Notes: generated by a model from the sequence alone, not told the origin. A stretch of 64,000 nucleotides of DNA from Deltaproteobacteria bacterium (GCA_016196825.1 JACPWY010000007.1:2468-66467); one strand, 5' to 3'. Counted from the stretch's first letter, positions 9,654-19,841 are shown. Translations and numbers: made by a program.

Positions 9654-11058
9654 GAAAGCCCTTTTCTAACAACTTCGGAAAACCGCCCTCCAGGGTTCTG
9701 GGTATGGGAACAATTACGAACTCTATCTTTTGTTCCTGGAGGTAACGAACAAGGTCTGTGGCGCCCACACACGGAAGATATTTCCACCGCCCTCGGGCCT
9801 GGACTGCGCTGACGAAGTTTTCAGTCGTGGCGACGCGGTGGTTGGGGCCGTGGCGACGGTAGAGCTCTTCTCCGGCTGACGTGAGCGGGCGCGGACTTTT
9901 GAGGTGGCCCATTGCAAGTGTGGTCGCAAGAATGGCGATGTTGCCGAGCGCGCAGAGCGCGACGACTCCTTTTCTGAAAGAAGCGGTGGGCGAGTCGAGG
10001 GCGCGGCCGAGGCAAACGTAATAGAAGGGAAGGGCCGGGAGATAGTAGCGGGGGACATAGGTTGAGAGAACCATTCCCATCGTGGTGATAACCGCCCAGG
10101 AAAAGAGGGTGGAGATCCCCTTTTCTCGTCGACAGCGCAAGAGTCCGATGCCGGCCACCGCCAGAACGGGTGGCGAGACCGCCTTGAGCCAGCCGAAGAG
10201 ATAACGGCCTAGCGTGAGCCACCGGAATTTGAAGACGAGCGCCTGCGGGAGCGCGGGATCGGGCGGGAGCGGCCCTTCGAGTTGGTTGAGATCACCGAGG
10301 ACCGTGTGGTGGCCGTCGTAGAGATGGCACCAGCGATCGGGTGCCTGGTGGAGCCATTCGAGGCCGAGGTAGAAATGGTTGAGCGCGAAGGACGGCGAGG
10401 GGGCGAGAACGCCGATGCGCGAGCGAAAGTAGAGGCTGAGAATGAGGATGGTGAGAAGGGTGGGAAAGGTGGTGGCGATGCGGGTTTTCGGCCTGGCGGC
10501 AATCCACGGAAGCCAGCGGGAGAGAATGTAGAGTGCAGCGATGAGCCCTGGGAGTCGGCACAGGATGAGGAGCGGGAGCAGAAAGGCGTCAAGGAGGGAA
10601 GGAGATCCCTTTTCGAGATTGCGCATGACGACGAGGGTAGCGATGAATAGATAGAGTGTGTCGGCCCCGAGGGTGGTGGCCTGCTGAACGACGAGAGGGT
10701 CGACGGCCAAAAGGAGTGCGACGGCGGTGGCGGTCGTGACGGACGAGGTTCGTTTTATGTGATGGAAGAGGAGCGCGATCGTGCCGAGGGCGCTCATCAT
10801 GTTGACGAGGAGAATGGCTTGAGTGGGGCTGAATCCGAGAACGGTCGGAAGGGCTGCGAACCAGCTGATAAGCGGCATCCAGAGCGACCCGATAGCAGCG
10901 GCTATCTCACCGGTTGCGACGCGCTGGGTGGCCTGTGCATAGAAGACGCTGTCGAAGGTGAGACTCCATAGGTGACTCCCTCCGAATAGGCGCAGTGCGC
11001 AGGCAAATGTGAAGACGCCGAGCGGTAGAAGCAGGACGGGGATTCTCGATGACGGCAT
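9583..11058 (-). CDS. GT-C fold (ArnT/PMT-like) membrane glycosyltransferase
   Basis: Multi-TM; DS..Y motif after TM1; PRYYLP motif; periplasmic C-terminal domain. Confidence 0.7.
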   Translation of the reverse strand: MPSSRIPVLLLPLGVFTFACALRLFGGSHLWSLTFDSVFYAQATQRVATGEIAAAIGSLWMPLISWFAALPTVLGFSPTQAILLVNMMSALGTIALLFHHIKRTSSVTTATAVALLLAVDPLVVQQATTLGADTLYLFIATLVVMRNLEKGSPSLLDAFLLPLLILCRLPGLIAALYILSRWLPWIAARPKTRIATTFPTLLTILILSLYFRSRIGVLAPSPSFALNHFYLGLEWLHQAPDRWCHLYDGHHTVLGDLNQLEGPLPPDPALPQALVFKFRWLTLGRYLFGWLKAVSPPVLAVAGIGLLRCRREKGISTLFSWAVITTMGMVLSTYVPRYYLPALPFYYVCLGRALDSPTASFRKGVVALCALGNIAILATTLAMGHLKSPRPLTSAGEELYRRHGPNHRVATTENFVSAVQARGRWKYLPCVGATDLVRYLQEQKIEFVIVPIPRTLEGGFPKLLEKGFLRNEGLFEREMIFRVQGALAPMH

Positions 11059-11076
11059 TCGAGTCGGATCTTACCA

Positions 11077-13200
11077 TTGATGATCATGGAATCGTTGGGC
11101 CGGATCGGATGGGGGTTGGCGGCCACCGCGCTTGTTATTTGCGCAGTAGTGCCGTTTGTTTCCCAGAGTTCGGATATGGTGGGCTATCCGCTTTGGGCTA
11201 GCTTCAACATTAATCGACTGTTCTTCACCGCGTATGCGGCAATGCTTCTGCCGCCGATTTTCTTCGTATGTTTCGGGGGAAGGTGCGAGGGGGCGGGCCG
11301 ACTCTTTCAGGGGAGTGGCGGCGGACGGTTGTCCCTGGGTTGGATCTGGGTGGGGGGAGTGATCACTGCAGTGGTGCACGCATCGCTGCCGCTCGATCCA
11401 CTCTCGATCCATCGCGACTTTCACCATCCGGGTGAGATGCTGGTGCCAGCGTTGACATTGTGGCAGGGGGGCGTTCCCTGGCGCGATGTGATGCTCCACC
11501 AGGGGCTGCTAGCGGGCCCGCTGCGGGCTATTGTAGGCTGGTTTTTCGTCGAAAAATCCTACTGGGGGGCGGTCGCGGGCGAAAGGTTGTTTCTGATTCC
11601 GCTCGCGATGGTGTTGGCCTATGCCTGGCGGGTGAGGCTCTTTCGGGGGAGTCCGGGATTCGTGGTCTTTGCGACCTTCATTCTGCCGATTCTTTGGCCG
11701 CAGCTGTTCGGGCGGCGAGTGGCCTATTTTGAAAGAATGATCCTCTATCCGCTCTATCTGTTGGTGGTGATGGAGGCATTCGTGAAGGGGCGATGGGTTT
11801 GGATGGGTACGGCGGGTGTCTTGATGGCATCGATGGTGTTTCTCACACCGGAGATGGCCATTCTGGCGTTGGCTTCGCTCGTGATTCTCTCCGCGCGGTG
11901 GTTTTTCGGAAAACGCGGCGAGGTATTGCCGTGGATCTGTGGATTCCTACTGCTGGTGATGGGAGTGATGGGGTGGCTCGCGAGGCATGGGGCTATGGCC
12001 GCTTTTGGGGACTATTGGCACTACTTTCTATCCGGTTATCGGTTCATCTACGGAATGCCGCTGCACCCAAAAGGGATTCCCCTCTTTTGGTTTCTGGTTG
12101 TCGTGCCGGGCGCGATCTTTTTCTTATCGTTGGTGCATCTGATTCACTGCTGGCGAAAAAGGGTTGAGCCGACGCCCGTTGCCTGGGGGCTGGCCTTGGT
12201 GGCGGTTTTCTCGGTGCTCTATTTTCAGAAGTTTTTGTGTGAGGCCGACGACCACATCTATGCGGTAGTCTTTGTGACACTGCCGTATCTGGAGTGGTTA
12301 ATTTTTGAAGTGGTCAGGCGATTGCCGGTGAGAGTTTCAGTTCGGTCGCTGAGGTTGGGAATGGTTGGGTTGGCGGCTGCCTTTCTTGTCTGGGCCCATC
12401 CGGAACGAATCGATCGGTTTGGGAAGAGGTTTCAAAATCACGGAGGGCGGGAGCTTGTCGCGTCGCGAGAGGAGCAGGCTGTTATCGACGATTTTCGGCG
12501 CCTCTTTGGGCGTGTTTTGGCGCCCGATGAGCCCGTGCTGGATCTCACCAATTCGAGCCTGCTTTTTCACTCCATTTTGGGTCGTCCGTTTGTGGGGAGG
12601 TTTTTTCAGACAATTACACTGGCTTCGCCAGCGGGGCAGCGAGATCTGATCTCCGCCGTGGAACGGGTGAAGCCCAAGATCGTGATTTTTGACCGCGCCT
12701 TTGGATTTGATGTTTCACACCCGGTGCCGATTCCTGTGAGGTTTCACCATGTGTCGAGCTGGCTTCTGAGGAATGGTTACTTGCCGTGGGTGAATCTGGA
12801 TGGGTACGCGCTTTTGCGACGGGCAGACTGGATGCCTCGAGGGATTTCAACGAAAGATTTCGTGGGGCTCACCGAGTCCGCGCCACCTCGGGAATGTGAT
12901 TGGGGGGCGGTGCCGAGTGCCTGGCTTGGGCGGGCGGCGCCAGAGGGTGATTATCTGGAGATAGATTTGGAGGGGGCGGTGTCCGATCACTGGATCGTGC
13001 GGGCGACAGGGGAGAAAAATCCTGTCCGAGGGATCCATTTCCGCACGTTGGATGGCCCAGGGGGTGTGTACCGAGTGCCTTTGTCGAACTGTCTTCAGTG
13101 GGCGCTATTGCGGGGGCAGCCTGTGGAGGTGAAGCACGACCGACCGCAGAACTTAAGATCGCTCAAGTTTGTATCTCAAATCCCACGCGAACTGTCTTAA
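11077..13200 (+). CDS. Large multi-TM membrane protein, GT-C-like
   Basis: 707 aa with many TM helices; HHPGE...PWRD loop motif; soluble C-terminus. Confidence 0.65.
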   Translation: MMIMESLGRIGWGLAATALVICAVVPFVSQSSDMVGYPLWASFNINRLFFTAYAAMLLPPIFFVCFGGRCEGAGRLFQGSGGGRLSLGWIWVGGVITAVVHASLPLDPLSIHRDFHHPGEMLVPALTLWQGGVPWRDVMLHQGLLAGPLRAIVGWFFVEKSYWGAVAGERLFLIPLAMVLAYAWRVRLFRGSPGFVVFATFILPILWPQLFGRRVAYFERMILYPLYLLVVMEAFVKGRWVWMGTAGVLMASMVFLTPEMAILALASLVILSARWFFGKRGEVLPWICGFLLLVMGVMGWLARHGAMAAFGDYWHYFLSGYRFIYGMPLHPKGIPLFWFLVVVPGAIFFLSLVHLIHCWRKRVEPTPVAWGLALVAVFSVLYFQKFLCEADDHIYAVVFVTLPYLEWLIFEVVRRLPVRVSVRSLRLGMVGLAAAFLVWAHPERIDRFGKRFQNHGGRELVASREEQAVIDDFRRLFGRVLAPDEPVLDLTNSSLLFHSILGRPFVGRFFQTITLASPAGQRDLISAVERVKPKIVIFDRAFGFDVSHPVPIPVRFHHVSSWLLRNGYLPWVNLDGYALLRRADWMPRGISTKDFVGLTESAPPRECDWGAVPSAWLGRAAPEGDYLEIDLEGAVSDHWIVRATGEKNPVRGIHFRTLDGPGGVYRVPLSNCLQWALLRGQPVEVKHDRPQNLRSLKFVSQIPRELS

Positions 13201-13246
13201 TTGGCGGGCTCGCCTAGGGAAAGAGGCCCGGGTATAGTCAGCGCCG

Positions 13247-14605
13247 ATGGCGACGAGGATTCAGACATCGCAGGTTGTGGTTTGGATCCTTTTGCTCGCC
13301 GTGGTGGCTGTGGGCTTAAGGAACTTTGAGCGGGGGATGAGCAGCGATGCCCCCCTGTATGCGAGCATCGCGCGTAATATTGTCCAGAGTCACAACTGGT
13401 TGGATCTTGAAAGTGGGATCGGTGATTTCCATCCTTACGTTGAGCACCCGCATCTGGGGTATTGGGTGTTGGCGGCGGTATTCAGTGTGCTGCCGGCTGA
13501 GGATTGGTCGGCGCGGATTCCGGGTTGCTTGTTTTACGTTTTGACGCAGGGGCTCCTCTTCTTTTTCATCCGCAAACGGTTTTCGGAAAAGGCAGCTGTG
13601 TGGACGGTGCTTCTTCTCTGGAGCTGGTCGCGGTACAGCAATTTTTTCTCCAACGTCTATCTGGATCCGGGCTGTGTCTTTTTTGGTTTGTTGGCTGTGG
13701 TGATGATGAATTTTCGGAGACCGGCTCTGTCGGGGCTGGCGCTAGCGTTTTCGATTCTTTACAAAGGCTTGGCCGGAATGGGGTTTGTGCCTGTTTTGGT
13801 GTGGGTGTGTGCGACGCGAGTGAAGGAGAAGAGGGTCAGGGCGGCGGCTAAATTTCTTTTGGCGTTCGCGGCGCCGCATTTTGTTTACTGGCTGGTGTTG
13901 CAACGGAGCCACACGCCGAACTTTTTGGAGCTCTACTGGGAGCGCCAAATGACTCACCGGTTTCTGGAACTCGTGGTCATCACAAAGCTCATCTCTTGGC
14001 GAGGGTGGGGTGAGCTGATGCAGGACACCTACTACTTGCTCCTGCTAGTTCCCTTGGCCTTTTTTCTCTCGAAGAATCGTCGGGGTCTCATCGTGCCGGG
14101 GATTCTTTTGGTTGTTTACTGTCTGCTCTTTGCCAAGAGTAACTTGTCGGGTGAACAGTATTGGTTGGCAGTGATGCCATGGGTGGCGTGGATATTGGCG
14201 GACGGACTCTTCGCGCGGATTCCGTGGGAGCCCGAGCGTGTGCGAAAGGTGACCGGTGCTTTCGCCGTGATCGCGATTTTCTGGGTGCAATACATTCCCT
14301 TCAACATGCACCGCCTTCCGGTGCCGGAGGAGGTGAAGGAAATTCAACGCCGAAGCGGCGGGCCGCTCGTGCTGATGGTGCCTCGCGGAGACATCGAGTT
14401 TCTCCACGCCTCTCGATTGGCCTGGTACGCCAACGTTAAGGTGCTTTACCACCGTGATAAGGAAAAGCCACTGGTCGTCGTCCCAAGCGGCGGTTTGACA
14501 CTGCACGCGACGGAATTTGGGCCAGCGGAGCTCAAGGCCAATGGCCTTTGCCGAGGCCCTCTCTTCAAATACTCCGAGCTCTGGGTTTCTTGCCAGGCCG
14601 GATAA
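13247..14605 (+). CDS. ArnT/GT39-83-like glycosyltransferase
   Basis: SDAPLY, EHPHL, SARIP and KG motifs of ArnT-like GT-C enzymes. Confidence 0.8.
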   Translation: MATRIQTSQVVVWILLLAVVAVGLRNFERGMSSDAPLYASIARNIVQSHNWLDLESGIGDFHPYVEHPHLGYWVLAAVFSVLPAEDWSARIPGCLFYVLTQGLLFFFIRKRFSEKAAVWTVLLLWSWSRYSNFFSNVYLDPGCVFFGLLAVVMMNFRRPALSGLALAFSILYKGLAGMGFVPVLVWVCATRVKEKRVRAAAKFLLAFAAPHFVYWLVLQRSHTPNFLELYWERQMTHRFLELVVITKLISWRGWGELMQDTYYLLLLVPLAFFLSKNRRGLIVPGILLVVYCLLFAKSNLSGEQYWLAVMPWVAWILADGLFARIPWEPERVRKVTGAFAVIAIFWVQYIPFNMHRLPVPEEVKEIQRRSGGPLVLMVPRGDIEFLHASRLAWYANVKVLYHRDKEKPLVVVPSGGLTLHATEFGPAELKANGLCRGPLFKYSELWVSCQAG

Positions 14606-14609
14606 GGCA

Positions 14610-14629
14610 TCCCGGCGCGGGCGCCGGGA
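14610..14629 (+). terminator. GC hairpin after ArnT-like gene
   Basis: TCCCGGCGC-GG-GCGCCGGGA directly after the stop; no clear U-tract. Confidence 0.35.
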
Positions 14630-14760
14630 ACCATTTCGAGGCCGACAGCTTTGCGTATCAACGATGTCATTGGCTTCATCGACGCCGACGCGTAGCTTCT
14701 TGACCGGACAGTTAAGGCGCTTTTTTTCTATTTATCGATGAGATATCAGCACATTTCACG

Positions 14761-14801
14761 TTGACATAGAGTCGCTACTTGCTAAATCTATCGACGATAG
14801 A
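14761..14801 (+). promoter_or_regulatory. Putative sigma70 promoter with palindromic operator for HNH gene
   Basis: TTGACA 14761-66, TAAATC 14783-88, palindrome TCTATCG-A-CGATAGA 14787-14801, then GAGGTGG RBS. Confidence 0.45.
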
Positions 14802-14811
14802 GAGGTGGTTA

Positions 14812-15756
14812 ATGATTATTTCTCCTGTGATTCTCTCCCTGCATGAGAAGACCCTCGGTGTAGCCAAAGCCTTCAAACGGTCTGAAAGACAGCTCATCGA
14901 TTTGTTAAGTGAGATGGACAGAACTCGGGGATTTGTCGCTATGGGTTATTCCTCGATGAGATCCTATTGTGTGGGCCCCCTGCGCCTCAGCGACTTTCAG
15001 GCCTATTCACTCGTGGGCATTGCGCGAAAAAGCAGAGAATGTCCTAAGATGCTTGAGCTCATTGATCAGGGCTCATTGTCGGTATCTCATGCCACTTTGC
15101 TACTCAAGGCGATTAGTAAGAGTAACCAAGAAGAACTCCTGGGCGTGGCTACTCAGCTCACTAAACGCGGCCTGGAGTTTGAACTCAAGAAGCGTTTTCC
15201 CAGCAAAGGGCGCGAGATCACACGCCCCATCTGTAGCAGCCATTCAGAAGTCACACTTTCTGTGCCAAATGAACTCCTCGCCGCTCTAAAAAATTTGCAA
15301 AATATTTACTCTTCCAAGAGGAAGCGCTGTCTAACGCTGGCCGAAACGCTTCAGATCATGACCGAGGAGTGTACGACTAAACATGATCCCATTTCCCGGG
15401 CAATGAGAAGTGCCGCCAGAAAGAAAAAGACCCAGATATCGTCGCCCGAGAGGCCAGTCGCCACCATCGTGCCACCGATTCATAGGGTGGCGCAGTACAA
15501 GCGCAACCCTATCCACTGGCGACTTCGCTATGAAGTCGTTCTCAGAGACAAGCACCAGTGCACGCACCTTCAACCGGATGACACTCGATGCGAAGAGCGG
15601 CGCTTCCTCCACATTCACCACATCATACCAGTGCACCTGGGTGGGCAGAATGTCCTAGAGAATCTCACCACGCTTTGTTCCAATCATCATAGTTACCTCC
15701 ACTGGGAGGATCGGTGGCGGGTGAAGAGCAGAACTGGGTCGGTGGTTACTTTTTAG
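14812..15756 (+). CDS. HNH endonuclease with DUF222-like N-terminal domain
   Basis: RBS GAGGTGG; C-terminal RD..QC...C...HIHHIIP..GG.N..ENLTTLC..HH...H motif. Confidence 0.85.
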   Translation: MIISPVILSLHEKTLGVAKAFKRSERQLIDLLSEMDRTRGFVAMGYSSMRSYCVGPLRLSDFQAYSLVGIARKSRECPKMLELIDQGSLSVSHATLLLKAISKSNQEELLGVATQLTKRGLEFELKKRFPSKGREITRPICSSHSEVTLSVPNELLAALKNLQNIYSSKRKRCLTLAETLQIMTEECTTKHDPISRAMRSAARKKKTQISSPERPVATIVPPIHRVAQYKRNPIHWRLRYEVVLRDKHQCTHLQPDDTRCEERRFLHIHHIIPVHLGGQNVLENLTTLCSNHHSYLHWEDRWRVKSRTGSVVTF

Positions 15757-16149
15757 CTCGTCGCCTAAAGAGTTTCATTCAGCGATGACTTGCTGGGAGC
15801 GATGTCTCTCGGCGAAAGGATGTATAGAATTCATTCATCGTAAGGGTGCAGTTTTTCCTCCTTCCTTTTCTTTGGGTTAGGTGTTGATTCGGCAAGTTAG
15901 CGGTTAGTGATCGCCGGTGAATGAATTCCCAATGGACTAAATCCTGAGCGGTAGGGTTGTATGGGATTTGATTGCAAGGCGTCGTGTGAGTTTCCGTCGA
16001 AGACTCTGGGCGTTGTTGGATGGTTTTTGACGTCGAGACTTTGTTTATGAGGCTCTGACTCAAGCCGTTGTTTCATGTTTTTGGGTGTCCGAGCATTTTT
16101 GGGCGTAGGTGTCCGTTGGTGTGGAGATATTTTTGTTTTTCCGAGGTTG

Positions 16150-17304
16150 CTACGGTGGGGCGATCCCACCAGTGAAGAGTGTTCCGATTTTGCACTGAGG
16201 GCACAGGTCTGGATCGAGCCCTGTGAATTGTCGAAGTAGCGCCTTCCAATCGAGCGGGAGTGTCGTTTGGAGGACTTCTATGATCCCCTGAATCGCCTTT
16301 ACGATTCTGATGTTCTCCTTTTTGAGACGACTTCCGAGTAATCCGAAGTGTCGGATTCGGACATAGCCTTTGGGAAGGATATGGAGCAGGAATCGTCGTA
16401 AAAACACCCGGACATCGAGCACTAGGATCTTCTTCTCTTTCGGATTTTCTCGGTCTCTCACCTTGAAATGGATCTGATTCCCTTCCAGTTTGACGAGCCG
16501 GTAGTTTGAGATGGCTATTCGGTGGGTATATTGCCCCAAATAGTTGATGACCTGCTTGGGACCGTTGAAGGGCTCTTTCGCGTACACCACCCAATCCTTC
16601 GATGCGGCAGTGACGAGGATCTCCTTGAAACTGGGAAAGTGTTTGAGGTGTTCTATCTTCCCCATGAATTTAAGTTTACCGTCGTCAAATGCTCGCTCTA
16701 GGGCCTCGAGCATCTTCCCCCTAAAGACCGTTGAGAGCACTCTGACCGACAAAAAGAAGTCCTTCTTGCAGTGCACCCACGCTGTCTTCTTCTTATTGAG
16801 TCCGCCGGCTGGTACTATGAAATGGATATGGGGGTGATCGACAAGGTTCTGAGCCCAGGTATGGAGCACCCCGATAAATCCTATTTCAGCTCCCAGTTGT
16901 TTCGGGTTTTGGGCGACGTCTTTTAGACTCTCCGACGCAGCCCGAAAAAGAATGTCGTACCCGACATCCTTATTCCGAAGTATGAGCGGATTTAGCTCCG
17001 AGGGAATCGTAAAGACGACGTGGAAATATTGGCAGGGCAGTAGATCTTTTGTCCGCTTATCTATCCACCGAAGCTGGCTCAAGAATTGGCACTTTGGGCA
17101 GTGTCTGTTTCGGCATGAGTTGTAGGAGTTCTTCTGGTACTCGCACTCATCGCACCGGACGCTGTGGCCGCCAAGCTGACTCGTCCGACAAGTTGTGATG
17201 TCACGAATCACCTTCTGATGAGAGTAAGGAAGTTCTCCCAGCTCGTGTCCGAAACGGTGAAAAAGATCCGCGATTTCGATTTCCGGTTTGTAGAAGGTCT
17301 TCAT
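16150..17304 (-). CDS. IS91-family (Y2, rolling-circle) transposase
   Basis: Zn-binding CRT..LGGH..C..C...SCRNRHCPKC, HUH motif HPHIH, YLGQY, C-terminal CPQC. Confidence 0.95.
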   Translation of the reverse strand: MKTFYKPEIEIADLFHRFGHELGELPYSHQKVIRDITTCRTSQLGGHSVRCDECEYQKNSYNSCRNRHCPKCQFLSQLRWIDKRTKDLLPCQYFHVVFTIPSELNPLILRNKDVGYDILFRAASESLKDVAQNPKQLGAEIGFIGVLHTWAQNLVDHPHIHFIVPAGGLNKKKTAWVHCKKDFFLSVRVLSTVFRGKMLEALERAFDDGKLKFMGKIEHLKHFPSFKEILVTAASKDWVVYAKEPFNGPKQVINYLGQYTHRIAISNYRLVKLEGNQIHFKVRDRENPKEKKILVLDVRVFLRRFLLHILPKGYVRIRHFGLLGSRLKKENIRIVKAIQGIIEVLQTTLPLDWKALLRQFTGLDPDLCPQCKIGTLFTGGIAPP

Positions 17305-18199
17305 TTCGCCACCCCCTGCAGCTCGACTCCCTTGAAATACTCATCAAGAGGGCTTTTGACCGGGATGGTTTTGATGTTTGAGATCTGGAGGTAGCGAATC
17401 GTCGAGCGGATATCCGAATGTCCAAGAAGGAATTGGACGTGGAAGAGGTGTGTCTTTCGCTCGATTAAATGGACGGCAAACGAGTGACGGAGTAGGTGCG
17501 GATAGATTTTTTTTTAATACCCGCAAGTTGCCCGGCTTTCCGCAAAATATATCCAATCGCCGTGTGGGAGAATTTTTTCTTGAGTTCCCCACTATGGCTA
17601 TTTTTCGTCGGCATGAAGAGCCAATCTGATTTAACGGGGTTGTGCACCCGGCACAGCCGCCAATAGGTCCTAAGACACTTTAAAGTGATCGGCGACAAGA
17701 GGGCCTGGCGGTCCTTCCCGCCTTTTCCATCTCGGATATGGATGCACATCCTTTTGCTGTCGATATCCTGGATCTTTAAATTTCTAAGCTCCCTGTGTCT
17801 GATCCCCGATGAGTAGAGCGTCATGATGACAGCCTTCCACATAACCTTGTGGACAGAATCGATCATCGACGCCACTTCTTCCTCACTAAGAACGGCCGGC
17901 ATTTTTCTTGAAGTTTTGACTCGAGGAAGAGCATCCGTGTACCAGTGCCGGCCCAAGACGTACCGGTAAAAGAATCGAATCCCCGATAACTCCTTATTGA
18001 TCGAATTGGGGGCCAGCTCCTTCTCCTTTAACAGATGGAGCTGGTACGCCTTGATATCTTCCACGGCGAGTTTCACCGGAGGTCTTTTGTGAAACTCGAC
18101 GAATTTCTCCATCGAGTCCAGGTATTGAGACTTCGTTCCTTCTTTCAACCCACGCACTTCCATTTCGGCGATCATCCGATCGCGCAGACGCGTAGCCAT
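17301..18199 (-). pseudogene. Tyrosine recombinase/integrase with SAM-like N-domain, split by -1 frameshift at A9
   Basis: 0-frame has YSSGIR..E and KGGKDR and stops at 17465. After the A9 run (plus-strand T 17507-17515) the -1 frame reads IYPHLLRHSFAVH...LLGHSDIRSTIRYL...SPLD to TGA 17301, overlapping the transposase ATG. Confidence 0.85.
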
Positions 18200-18426
18200 G
18201 ATGCTTTCTCCTTGTTTTTGATTTTGGGATTATTGGTGAACTACTGAAGGACTACAGACTTCAGGATAAATGGAGTTTAGAGCTTCATGAACGCAATTTT
18301 AATTCTGACGTCGATAAGGCATGGGCAATCGCGTTAAGTTCCATGCCGCCAGGCATTTAGTCCATTGGCCAACATTGCCAAAGGCTACCCCCTCACTTTC
18401 ACGGGTTTTTATTCCGAAAACTCCCT

Positions 18427-19770
18427 ATGCGGCGTTTTCTATTCGTTCCGAAAGGCCTGGCCTCAGCGCTCGCACTATTTCTTCTGCTATATCAAGTGTT
18501 TGCCTAGCCTCCCACCTTTGGTCGCGAATTCAATTTCGGCAGCGCGGCTATGGCTAATGCCGCACGGGCGAGACCCGACAAACCGGGCGAGGCCGAAAGT
18601 GAGGCCGCAAGGGCTTTTTTTGAGGAGGTGAAAAAACGCTGTGGAAACGGGTGTCAATATAAGATCCGTCGGGGCAAGCATGGGGCACGCCAGTATGCGG
18701 TACGATTCCACGACGGTCAGGAGTTTATGATCAACGTCGACCCCGGCGTTGTTGAAGTCATTACGCGCCCCGAAACTCTGTCCGAGATCCAAAGCGAGAA
18801 GAACCTGTCCCGTGTCCAAAAATTCATTTTCGATGTCGCCAAAGATCTCGATCTCAGGACCCGAGGAGAGTTCGCCCACTTCAACTTCGGAATCATGTCG
18901 GCATTCAAAGATGATCCTCGTGGTTTTTTGAAGTTCTTTATCAACTACCACAACTTCGCCGAAATCTCGTCGGGGGCGCTGGGTTCCGATCATCGCAATG
19001 CTCCACTGATCTCCCATCTAGAGCCTGAACAGAGACTCGCGCTCTCCAAGATAGTGGATGACGTCAACGCTGGAATGCTAAAGACCCCTCAGGAGGTCGC
19101 TTCACGAATTCAAATGGAGGTATACACCGCCACCCCTATAGTCAAAAATGGTCCCGAGCACTACCAGGGAATCGGCCTCAAGTACATCGTCGCGGCAGAA
19201 TGGCCAGGCCCCGATCAGCCCGCCGAATTACGGGGAATCGTTCAACCCAAGAATGCTCGAGAGGCCGCGCTCCAGGCGGAGCTGTTCCAACTCCGTATCG
19301 AGTGCGACAAGACGGACCCAGACCCCATTGCATTTATCGACATCCCCAGGCAACCGATGACGTTTCGCAGGCTGGCTAGGGTATTTCGACTTTACCTGGC
19401 GGAAATGGGGGCCGATTGGAATCACTTTAAAGAGCTGCTACCGGCGCACTTGCAAAACCCACGCCACTCATCTATCGATGCGTTCATGGCAGGAAACGTT
19501 CATTGGTCGGTTCCGGGGGACGTGGAAGATGTCCTCTTTTACGCCCCCTACGTCGCCAACTCTTCCTGGGTTAGAAAACGAATGCGCACCTTGCTCAGTT
19601 TCCCCAAAGCACTTTCCTCTGGCGCAACGCCGAGGATTCTCCAGGCAATCAGCCTTGGTCTTGGTTCCAACCCAAATCAGGAGTCAAAGCGAAGGGTGGA
19701 CTCCTTCATTGACTCGATTAACGGAACTGGATGCAGCGGGGTCTTCAACGAATTCGGCACTGGAATTTAA
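18427..19770 (+). pseudogene. Secreted amidoligase/glutamate-cysteine-ligase-fold-like protein with in-frame TAG
   Basis: ATG 18427 MRRFLFVPKGLASALALFLLLYQVFA, TAG 18505-07, then in-frame PPTFGREFNF continuing into the 406-aa ORF with DPGVVEV, HFNFG and ELR motifs. Confidence 0.6.
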
Positions 19771-19841
19771 CCGCTCGGCGAACTCGCAGTTGTAAAAACA
19801 ATCTCGTCAGCGACCAGAAAAGCGGCGGCATATTCATCGCC

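Larger units (their letters stand above)
15929..18368 (-). mobile_element. IS91-like element: tyrosine recombinase + Y2 HUH transposase, bounded by inverted repeats
   Basis: Two-gene module; inverted ends CCAATGGACTAAAT at 15929-15942 and its complement at 18355-18368; oriIS-like TCAAATCCCATA on minus strand near 15960-15971. Confidence 0.75.

Noticed and set aside
18505-18507. Genome-wide TAG recoding or pyrrolysine
   Set aside because: TAG terminates several clearly complete genes here (HEAT protein, copA, transposase) and no pyl genes are in the window.
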